From IMG/VR virus record IMGVR_UViG_3300025687_005582, positions 24,267 through 88,266 of that record: DNA of 64,000 bases. One strand, written 5' to 3'. This stretch comes from a virus. A program made the translations under genes and the position numbers. The notes under the pieces are model-generated. The model was not told the DNA's origin. It searched no databases and saw nothing but the letters and a program-made list of their open reading frames with translations. Of this stretch, positions 39,386 to 46,976 are shown piece after piece. Numbering within the stretch: the first letter of the stretch is position 1; the number at the start of each line of letters is the position of its first letter.

Positions 39386-39403
39386 GACGGTAGAGTTTTT
39401 TTT
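39364..39403 (+). terminator. Rho-independent terminator
   Basis: 11-bp perfect inverted repeat AACTCTACCGT/ACGGTAGAGTT running into an 8-T tract. Confidence 0.75.
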
Positions 39404-39417
39404 ATTGGGAGTAAAAC

Positions 39418-42400
39418 TTGGGATACAAAATCGCGCACATCGCAGACACACACATCAAAAATCTAAAATATCATTACGAATACAAGAAAGTATTTGAGCA
39501 ACTTTACGATACTCTTCGTAAAGAGAACGTAGATTACATTGTTCACTGCGGCGATATTGCCCATACAAAGACGCAGATTTCACCAGAGTTTGTTGAGTTA
39601 TGCTCAGACTTCTTTGCTAATCTTGAGTCTATTGCGCCTACCTACATTATCTTGGGCAACCACGACGGCAACTTGAAGAACAGCAGCCGTCAGGACGCTC
39701 TGTCGCCCATTGTAAGCGCTTTGAACCTCCCTAACCTTCACCTACTCAAGAATGCCGGTGAAACCGTTCTAGAGCCCGATCTCGCGCTCAACGTGCTATC
39801 TGTATTTGATGAGGAGAACTGGGTTGCTCCAAGCGATCAATCACGCATCAATATTGCTTTGTATCACGGTGCTATTGGCGGCGTCTCAACTGACGTTGGT
39901 TGGGTAATGGATCACGGCGATCACGACATTGGCGTGTTTGCTGGTCACGATTATGCGATGCTTGGAGATATTCACAAGACCAACCAAATCCTTGATACAG
40001 AAGGTCGTGTGCGTTACGCAGGTTCAACCGTTCAACAAAACCACGGCGAAACCAATGATAAAGGATTCTTAACTTGGGAAATTCGTAGTAAAGATGACTT
40101 TACTGTCAAACATCACGTTCTCCTAAACCCCAAGCCTTTTGTTACACTTGAACTAACGCCAAAGGGTCGCATTCCAAAGGGCACAAGCATCCCTTCTGGT
40201 GCGCGCCTGCGTCTTGTAAGTAACAACAATCTGCCTCTGGACGTAATGCGCAAGGCAGTTGAGGTCGCAAAGTCTCGTTTCAAGCCGGAATCAATCTCGT
40301 TCTTGAACAGAGCAGCAGGCGAAAGAGGCGAGATTAGTCTTGGAAAGAACTTCAAGATTGAGAACTTACGAGATGTAGCAGTTCAGGAAGATCATATTCG
40401 CGAGTATCTACAAGATTACGAGCCTTCTAATACTATCTTACAGAAGGTTTACGAACTAAACCGTAAGTATAACTCTCACATTGAAGAGAACGAAGACATT
40501 GCGAGAAATGTAAATTGGAATATCAACCGCTTTGAATGGGACAACCTCTTCAACTACGGTGAAGACAATACACTTGATTTCACAAATCTCAACGGTATTG
40601 TCGGGATCTTTGGAAAGAACTATTCAGGCAAGTCATCTGTTATTGATGGAATGCTTTACACAATGTTCAATACCACCTCAAAGAACGAAAGAAAGAACTA
40701 CAACATTATCAATCAAAACAAGAAAGATTGTAAGAGTTCTTTGGAGCTACAGATTGGTGAGAAGACCTATACCATTGAAAGAAAGTCAGAAAAGTATGTA
40801 AAGCGCCTCAAAGGTGTGGAAACAAATGAAGCAAGAACTTTCTTGGACTTTACACAGGACGGTGATTTAAGCCTCAACGGCACAACCCGTAACGAAACTG
40901 ACGCTAATATTCGCAAGCAGTTCGGAACAGTTGAGGATTTCCTGCTAACTTCTATGGCTAGTCAGTTGGATTCTTTGAGTTTCATCAAGGAAGGCTCTAC
41001 AAAGCGTAAGGAAATCCTTGCGAAGTTCTTGGACTTGGAGATCTTTGAAAAGAAGTTCAAGTTGGCAAAAGAAGATTCAGCAGATCTCAAAGCTGTTATT
41101 CGTCGTATCGGAGATGTAGATTACGACAAGGATATTGCTATTGCTGAGGTTCATCGAGACGAAGCACAAAAGAAACTTGAACTGGATAGTGCTACTTGCT
41201 CTATGCTTCGCCGGCGCCTTATAACGCACGAAGAAGATCACAAGAACCTAACAGAGCAGATTGATTCTATTCCGACAGAGCGACTAAACATCAAGAAGCT
41301 TCTTGAAAGAAGAGCACAACTAACTAAAAACATTGAGGATACAAAAGAAAACATCTCTGAACTCAAAGTTGAAATCTCCGAGTTTGATGCGACACTAAGT
41401 CGATATGATGATTTCCTAACGACAATCAACATTGAAGATTTGCTGGAAGAGAAAAAGCAATACGATGTTTTCAAGCGTCGTTATGATGAGACAGTCAATC
41501 GTGCTCGCATAATGGATAACGACTACAAGACCATATCCAAGAAGCTTACTTTGCTTGATGAGGTTCCTTGTGGGAACTCTTATGTTTCATCTTGTAAGTT
41601 TATCTCGGATGCTCACAATGCCTCTGTTGAGATGCCTGTTCTTGAAAAGGCTATCATTGAAAAGATTGAGGAAGCAAAAGGCTACAAAGAAAAGATTGTA
41701 TCTGTTGATTCAGCAGCGATGGTTGAGTTGATTGATAGTTACAACGAAACCATTATCTCAAAGAACAACATTGAGATTGAGAAGCGCGATAACAAAGTTT
41801 CTATTGAGAAGTTGTTTGCGAAGATCAAGACGCTAACAGCCGATCTTAGCGAGACCAATGATAAGATCGCCTTATACGAAGATAACAAAGAAGCAATCCA
41901 GAACATAGAAAATCTCATTTCTTCCCGAGATGAGATTGAAAAGAAGATTGCCGACACAAAGAAAGAGATTGAATCTTACGAGGCAATATTATCAACTCAT
42001 AACAGAACAATCGGTTCGCTTGAACAAAAGGTAGAAACTTTGGTAGAGAAAAAGCAAGAGTTGCTTGATATTCGTGCCGAGTTCGCTGCTTACGATTTGT
42101 TTATGCGTTGTATGCACTCTAACGGCATTGCTTATGATATTATTAAAAAACGACTTCCGGTCATCAATGAAGAAATCGCAAAAACCATTTCCAATATTGT
42201 TGACTTTGAGGTATTCTTTAGAGAGGATGGAAACAAATTAGATGTTCTTATTAAGCACCCTAACTACGAAGCCCGACCTATTGAGATGGGTTCAGGCGCT
42301 GAAAAGACGCTTGCGTCGATGGGCATACGTTTGGCTTTACTCTCTGTGTCTTCGCTACCAAAAGGTAATATCTTTATTTTAGACGAGCCTGGAACGGCTT

Positions 42401-42561
42401 TGGACGCAGAGAATATGGAAGGCTTTATACGAATGCTTGATCTAGTTAAAACGTACTTTAAGACAGTTATTCTTATTTCTCACTTGGATTCTCTAAAAGA
42501 CATTGTTGATATGGAGATTACGATCGAAAAGAACAACGGATACGCGAGGATTAGCCAATGA
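39418..42561 (+). CDS. Fused Mre11/SbcD (gp47-like) nuclease and Rad50/SbcC (gp46-like) ATPase
   Basis: Phosphoesterase motifs 'ADTH', 'CGD', 'GNHD', 'YHG', 'GDIH'; then Walker A 'GKNYSGKSS', coiled coil, 'GSGAEK', Walker B 'ILDEPG', 'ISH'. TTG start with GGGAG SD. Confidence 0.92.
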   Translation: MGYKIAHIADTHIKNLKYHYEYKKVFEQLYDTLRKENVDYIVHCGDIAHTKTQISPEFVELCSDFFANLESIAPTYIILGNHDGNLKNSSRQDALSPIVSALNLPNLHLLKNAGETVLEPDLALNVLSVFDEENWVAPSDQSRINIALYHGAIGGVSTDVGWVMDHGDHDIGVFAGHDYAMLGDIHKTNQILDTEGRVRYAGSTVQQNHGETNDKGFLTWEIRSKDDFTVKHHVLLNPKPFVTLELTPKGRIPKGTSIPSGARLRLVSNNNLPLDVMRKAVEVAKSRFKPESISFLNRAAGERGEISLGKNFKIENLRDVAVQEDHIREYLQDYEPSNTILQKVYELNRKYNSHIEENEDIARNVNWNINRFEWDNLFNYGEDNTLDFTNLNGIVGIFGKNYSGKSSVIDGMLYTMFNTTSKNERKNYNIINQNKKDCKSSLELQIGEKTYTIERKSEKYVKRLKGVETNEARTFLDFTQDGDLSLNGTTRNETDANIRKQFGTVEDFLLTSMASQLDSLSFIKEGSTKRKEILAKFLDLEIFEKKFKLAKEDSADLKAVIRRIGDVDYDKDIAIAEVHRDEAQKKLELDSATCSMLRRRLITHEEDHKNLTEQIDSIPTERLNIKKLLERRAQLTKNIEDTKENISELKVEISEFDATLSRYDDFLTTINIEDLLEEKKQYDVFKRRYDETVNRARIMDNDYKTISKKLTLLDEVPCGNSYVSSCKFISDAHNASVEMPVLEKAIIEKIEEAKGYKEKIVSVDSAAMVELIDSYNETIISKNNIEIEKRDNKVSIEKLFAKIKTLTADLSETNDKIALYEDNKEAIQNIENLISSRDEIEKKIADTKKEIESYEAILSTHNRTIGSLEQKVETLVEKKQELLDIRAEFAAYDLFMRCMHSNGIAYDIIKKRLPVINEEIAKTISNIVDFEVFFREDGNKLDVLIKHPNYEARPIEMGSGAEKTLASMGIRLALLSVSSLPKGNIFILDEPGTALDAENMEGFIRMLDLVKTYFKTVILISHLDSLKDIVDMEITIEKNNGYARISQ

Positions 42562-42620
42562 ACGCAGCATTTTGGGAAGCACTTTTAAACGGTCTGATCT
42601 TTAAGAAAAAGAAGAGTTAG
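42558..42620 (+). CDS. Putative 20-aa micropeptide MNAAFWEALLNGLIFKKKKS
   Basis: ATGA overlap with the upstream stop; GAGGA SD 7 nt upstream. Confidence 0.4.
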   Translation: MNAAFWEALLNGLIFKKKKS

Positions 42621-42625
42621 GGTTT

Positions 42626-43369
42626 CTACGGCCATTTGTAAACTTGCTTGAAGTATTGATCCATAACTCTTTCTTTCCGTTCATCAGAAGAGGTATACCA
42701 TACCCACACAAATAATTGGCCAATACGAGAGATACGACCCATCGTAAGTTTTATATCTTCTTCGATCCAGCTGATCTGCTTTTCATCGATATCCCCAGGC
42801 GATATTCCGAGATCAATAGCAATAGAATAAAGAACATACCAGTTCTCACGCTCATATGCTTCTTTTGCTTTCTTGAACATTCCTTCTCTTCTCTCGACTT
42901 GTGCTTGCGAGAAGCCAGAAGCGATTAGTTTATCCGGATGTGTCTCGCTAGCAATCTTGCGATAAAGTTTTTTGATTACTTTAGATTTGTCGTCGTCATC
43001 ATCGTTGTCTTCAATCTCATCGGGATTAAGATAGAACTCTTCACCAGTCTGACCATCTACAAAGGTTTCTTTGTTTTTAACAAGACTTCTTTGCTCTTCT
43101 TGCTCCTCTGCTTCAGCCTCTAATCGCTTTTTACTTTCTTTCTCGGCTTCCTCTAGCAGTTGCTTTGCTTTTTCATCATTTAATTTATGAAGATGTCGCG
43201 TCCAATATTTTCTTTGACGCCGAGACATATTATTGATTCTGTCTAAAAATGCTTCGTTAAAATCAACTTTTGCCTCAAATACTAACTCTTCGTGATACTC
43301 CAAATCTGCGTGTACAAACTCGGCTTTCTTTAGCATTTTCTTGAATTTAAGTTCGGTGCGTTTAGACAT
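42626..43369 (-). CDS. J-domain (DnaJ-like) protein
   Basis: 'IKKLYRKIASETHPDKL...FKKAKEAYE' with the HPD motif; only convincing minus-strand gene. Confidence 0.8.
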   Translation of the reverse strand: MSKRTELKFKKMLKKAEFVHADLEYHEELVFEAKVDFNEAFLDRINNMSRRQRKYWTRHLHKLNDEKAKQLLEEAEKESKKRLEAEAEEQEEQRSLVKNKETFVDGQTGEEFYLNPDEIEDNDDDDDKSKVIKKLYRKIASETHPDKLIASGFSQAQVERREGMFKKAKEAYERENWYVLYSIAIDLGISPGDIDEKQISWIEEDIKLTMGRISRIGQLFVWVWYTSSDERKERVMDQYFKQVYKWP

Positions 43370-43383
43370 AGTAATCTGCGAAC

Positions 43384-43393
43384 CTATTTATAG
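43384..43393 (+). promoter_or_regulatory. CTATTTA(TAG) putative late promoter (lysis/packaging genes)
   Basis: Intergenic between divergent genes; core is 16 nt before ATG 43407. Confidence 0.6.
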
Positions 43394-43406
43394 TGGGAGT
43401 AAACAA

Positions 43407-43610
43407 ATGACTGAACAAGTACAACACGTAGTAGATAGGACACTAGACAAGATAGTGTCCAGAAAGTTATTGGCTTGGGTAACTGCCACTGGACTGCTAA
43501 TGTTTTCTGACCTACAATCATCTGACTGGGTTATAATCACAACTGTATATATCGGTGGTCAAACTGTTATTGACGCCGTTACAAAGTTGAAAGGATTTGG
43601 AGACCGATGA
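43407..43610 (+). CDS. Putative holin
   Basis: 67 aa, 'SRKLLAW' followed by two short hydrophobic segments; GGGAG SD; start at 43407. Confidence 0.55.
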   Translation: MTEQVQHVVDRTLDKIVSRKLLAWVTATGLLMFSDLQSSDWVIITTVYIGGQTVIDAVTKLKGFGDR

Positions 43611-44014
43611 AGCTTAAATTGTTTTTGAAACAAGCTTGGCTTTGGGCTAAGAAGTTCTGGTGGGCAATCATTATTGTTCTATTGCTTACCGGCGCAGGAT
43701 TGATTTCTGCTCTTATGCGCAACGGAGTGTTGTTGGCGCGAGTTATGGATCTTCTTCAAGCAAAAAGAGATCAACACGATCAAGAAATGGAAACACTCTC
43801 GCATATTCATAATACGGAAATAGATGAGAAGAACCGGCGCCTCGAACAACATCTTCAAGAGAAAGATGATATTCAAAGAAAGTTTGAAGAAGAAGCCGAC
43901 AAGCTCGATAAGGCAAAAGAAGAAGAACTTAAAAAGCTTGTAGATGAAAGTTATAATAATCCAGAGAAGCTGGCTAAGGACATAGCCGACGCTTTCGGAT
44001 TAGAAAATGGTTAA
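43607..44014 (+). CDS. Putative inner-membrane spanin-like protein
   Basis: N-terminal TM helix followed by a charged coiled coil; ATGA-coupled to the holin-like gene. Confidence 0.45.
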   Translation: MKLKLFLKQAWLWAKKFWWAIIIVLLLTGAGLISALMRNGVLLARVMDLLQAKRDQHDQEMETLSHIHNTEIDEKNRRLEQHLQEKDDIQRKFEEEADKLDKAKEEELKKLVDESYNNPEKLAKDIADAFGLENG

Positions 44015-44456
44015 AAGATTATTACTTTTTTATTTGGTTCTTTGTTTATCGGTTCCAAACGTAGCATATGCCCAAGACAACACTGTTCTTTCAGTGAAGA
44101 AAGGCGATCTTGTTCCTTTTGATGGTGTCCTACTGTCTTTGGACGCTGCGGCAAAGGTCTTGAACGACAAGAGATTTACAGACGAAGAGTGCGATCTGCG
44201 TTTAGAGTATCAGCTAAACCTTCTAAAAGAAAACTATGAGCTACAACTTGATTTTAAAGATATTGAGATTACATCTTGGAAAGATAGATACGAGTCAATG
44301 ATGATATTGAAGACAGCAGAGAACGATCGTCTTATGGAGTTGGTTACAAAGCAGAAGCCAAGCCAGGGCCCACTATGGGTTGCGTTAGGGTTTGGTGTTG
44401 GCACTCTTACTTCATTAGGTATCTTTGCTTTATCTACGGAGATTGTAAAACAATGA
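44007..44456 (+). CDS. Exported coiled-coil protein with C-terminal TM helix (spanin-like?)
   Basis: Signal peptide ending 'AYA', coiled coil, C-terminal hydrophobic 'PLWVALGFGVGTLTSLGIFAL'. Confidence 0.45.
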   Translation: MVKRLLLFYLVLCLSVPNVAYAQDNTVLSVKKGDLVPFDGVLLSLDAAAKVLNDKRFTDEECDLRLEYQLNLLKENYELQLDFKDIEITSWKDRYESMMILKTAENDRLMELVTKQKPSQGPLWVALGFGVGTLTSLGIFALSTEIVKQ

Positions 44457-44839
44457 GCGATAAGCAAGATTATATCGTTAAGTTAGAAAAAGCTATTTCA
44501 CAAAAGTATGGCGAGGAAGCAACACACAATCCAAGACGATTTTGGGACGAGGACAAAGAAAAAGAATATATCCAACAGTCTCAGTTAGAACAGCAGAAGT
44601 TTGCGAAGAATGCTGAATCTCAAGACAAAATAGAAGCAGACGGATTTTTAATAAACAAAAAACTACTTAATAGAGATCATAATAGGACTTGTCCTGTTTG
44701 TTCCAAATATTCTTTTCATCCTCGGGATGATTTGTATATGAATAAGTTTGAAGCTTGCTTTAAATGTTACATTCAATACATTGAAGGTGGAAGAGAAGAA
44801 AGATGGAAAAACGGATGGAGACCAAACAAGGAACAATAA
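44453..44839 (+). CDS. Zinc-finger protein
   Basis: 'CPVC...CFKC'; probable start MSDKQDY at 44453 (ATGA overlap). Confidence 0.65.
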   Translation: MSDKQDYIVKLEKAISQKYGEEATHNPRRFWDEDKEKEYIQQSQLEQQKFAKNAESQDKIEADGFLINKKLLNRDHNRTCPVCSKYSFHPRDDLYMNKFEACFKCYIQYIEGGREERWKNGWRPNKEQ

Positions 44840-44840
44840 G

Positions 44841-45383
44841 ATGGCATCAGTATACGACATTGTAAAAGGAATCAGCCAAGCGGCTGCAAATGCTTATGAC
44901 GGAGCGCACGACGCAACTCTAGCTGCTGACGATAAAGAGCGCAAAGCTGGGCTTAAGAGAGAAGACGGCCACTACATTCACGACCGTCGTGTGATGGATG
45001 GTTTTGGTGTCAAGTTCCACGGTCCGATTCTTCGTATTACTTACCAAGCAGAGACAAGACTTAAAGAAGTCCAAGACAAAGGCTTTGAAGGCGAGATTGA
45101 GCAGCGTCTGCAGGACATTGCTAACTTCCTAAAGAAAGAATACAAAGCCGTCACGGGTGATACACTAACCTTAACAAAAGAAGGTGAGCCACACGTTCTC
45201 GTTCAGCGCATTTCCAACTATCGCACTGATACACAGGCTCATTGTGATTATCGTATCGGCGGTTTAACTGACGTTGTTGAGGTTAACGGTGGCTCTGACG
45301 AAGAGCGCGTTGATAAAGCAGTCAGAGATTTTCTTGCACTAGGGAGAGACAAAGCCAAAAAGCCTTCAAATGTGAAGGTCTAA
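44841..45383 (+). CDS. Hypothetical protein
   Basis: Probable start MASVYDIV at 44841 with AAGGA SD; directly upstream of the terminase. Confidence 0.6.
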   Translation: MASVYDIVKGISQAAANAYDGAHDATLAADDKERKAGLKREDGHYIHDRRVMDGFGVKFHGPILRITYQAETRLKEVQDKGFEGEIEQRLQDIANFLKKEYKAVTGDTLTLTKEGEPHVLVQRISNYRTDTQAHCDYRIGGLTDVVEVNGGSDEERVDKAVRDFLALGRDKAKKPSNVKV

Positions 45384-45384
45384 T

Positions 45385-46968
45385 ATGGCTGCGCTTACAA
45401 AGCAAGAGATACTAAAAGAGATTGTTAAAGCCGGCAAAGATCCGGTTTACTTTACAACAAACTACTGTCGCATCTCACACCCGCAAAAAGGTTTAATTCC
45501 TTTCAAAGCATTCGAATATCAGCAGGATCTTTTAAAAGACTTCCGCGATTATCGTTTTAATATTATTCTAAAAGCCCGACAGTTGGGCATTTCTACTATT
45601 AGTGCTGCGTATGTGGCGTGGCTGATGTTGTTTCACAAAGACAAAAACATCCTTGTTGTTGCTACCAAGCTACAAACTGCCACAAACTTGGTTAAAAAAG
45701 TTAAGTCTATCATCAAGAACCTGCCGCAATGGATGCAGATTTCTGATATTACAGTAGATAACAGAACATCCTTTGAACTTTCTAACGGTTCGCAGATTAA
45801 AGGCTCATCAACATCTGGCGATGCTGGTCGTTCCGAGGCACTTTCGCTTCTAATCATCGATGAGGCTGCTCACGTTGAGAAGTTAGAAGATCTATGGACT
45901 GCGCTTTACCCCACACTATCCACAGGTGGTCGTTGTATTGCGCTATCAACTCCCAACGGTGTAGGTAACTGGTTCCACCAAAACTGTGTTGAAGCAGAAG
46001 CAGGCTTAAATGACTTTCATATGACGACCCTTATGTGGGACGTTCATCCAGAGCGAGACAAGAAATGGTTCGAGAAAGAAACCAGAAACATGTCCAAGCG
46101 CCAGATCGCTCAGGAGTTAGAATGTAACTTCAACGTTTCTGGTGAAACTGTTATCCACCCAGATGATCTACAATGGTATTTGGAAAAAGCTTGCACACCA
46201 GAGTACCGCACTGGCTTTGATAGAAACTATTGGATCTGGAAACAATACAACCCAGAAAACCATTATTTGATTGTTGCCGACGTTGCTCGTGGCGACGGTA
46301 AAGATAACAGCGCTTTTCACATTATAGAACTTGCAAACCTTGAACAGGTAGCTGAATATGTCGGCAAACCAACACCAGACGACTTTGCAGACATTCTTTC
46401 TAATGTGGCAGCTGAATACGGCAACCCTATGTTGGTGATAGAAAACAATAATATTGGCTTTGCTGTTCTTAAAAAGTTGATCGATAAAGGGTATCCTAAT
46501 CTCTACTACACAACAAAGGGTGATCACCAATATGTTGATCCTCTAACCGCACAATGGCAATCAAACGTAATACCCGGTTTTACAACTTCTTCCAAAACAA
46601 GACCTTTGATCGTTGCGAAAATGGAAGAGTTTATGAGAAATAAACTAATTACGATTAACTCAAATCGTTTGCTTTCCGAAATGAAAACATTTATTTGGCA
46701 TCACGGAAGACCGCAAGCAATGAGAAGTTATAACGACGATCTAACAATGTCGTTCGCTATTGGATGCTGGGTAAGAGACACCGTGATTGTAGAAAGTCAA
46801 AAGAACGTAGAGTACAGCAAATCTTTCTTGTCTGCTATCAGCACGGCAAAAACATCTATTTCTACAACGATCCCTGGTATGCAGGGGCACAAGATGACGA
46901 AAGAAACCGAGCGTGTTGAAAAGGCGAAAGAGCTTCAATACCAATATATAGGATTACTAAAAGGCTAG
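45385..46968 (+). CDS. terL: Terminase large subunit (T4 gp17-like)
   Basis: 'DPVYF', 'YQ', Walker-A-like 'KARQLGIST', Walker B 'LIIDEAA', 'STPNG', nuclease 'ADVARGDGKDNS', 'NDDLTMS'. Confidence 0.95.
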   Translation: MAALTKQEILKEIVKAGKDPVYFTTNYCRISHPQKGLIPFKAFEYQQDLLKDFRDYRFNIILKARQLGISTISAAYVAWLMLFHKDKNILVVATKLQTATNLVKKVKSIIKNLPQWMQISDITVDNRTSFELSNGSQIKGSSTSGDAGRSEALSLLIIDEAAHVEKLEDLWTALYPTLSTGGRCIALSTPNGVGNWFHQNCVEAEAGLNDFHMTTLMWDVHPERDKKWFEKETRNMSKRQIAQELECNFNVSGETVIHPDDLQWYLEKACTPEYRTGFDRNYWIWKQYNPENHYLIVADVARGDGKDNSAFHIIELANLEQVAEYVGKPTPDDFADILSNVAAEYGNPMLVIENNNIGFAVLKKLIDKGYPNLYYTTKGDHQYVDPLTAQWQSNVIPGFTTSSKTRPLIVAKMEEFMRNKLITINSNRLLSEMKTFIWHHGRPQAMRSYNDDLTMSFAIGCWVRDTVIVESQKNVEYSKSFLSAISTAKTSISTTIPGMQGHKMTKETERVEKAKELQYQYIGLLKG

Positions 46969-46976
46969 GATAGAAA

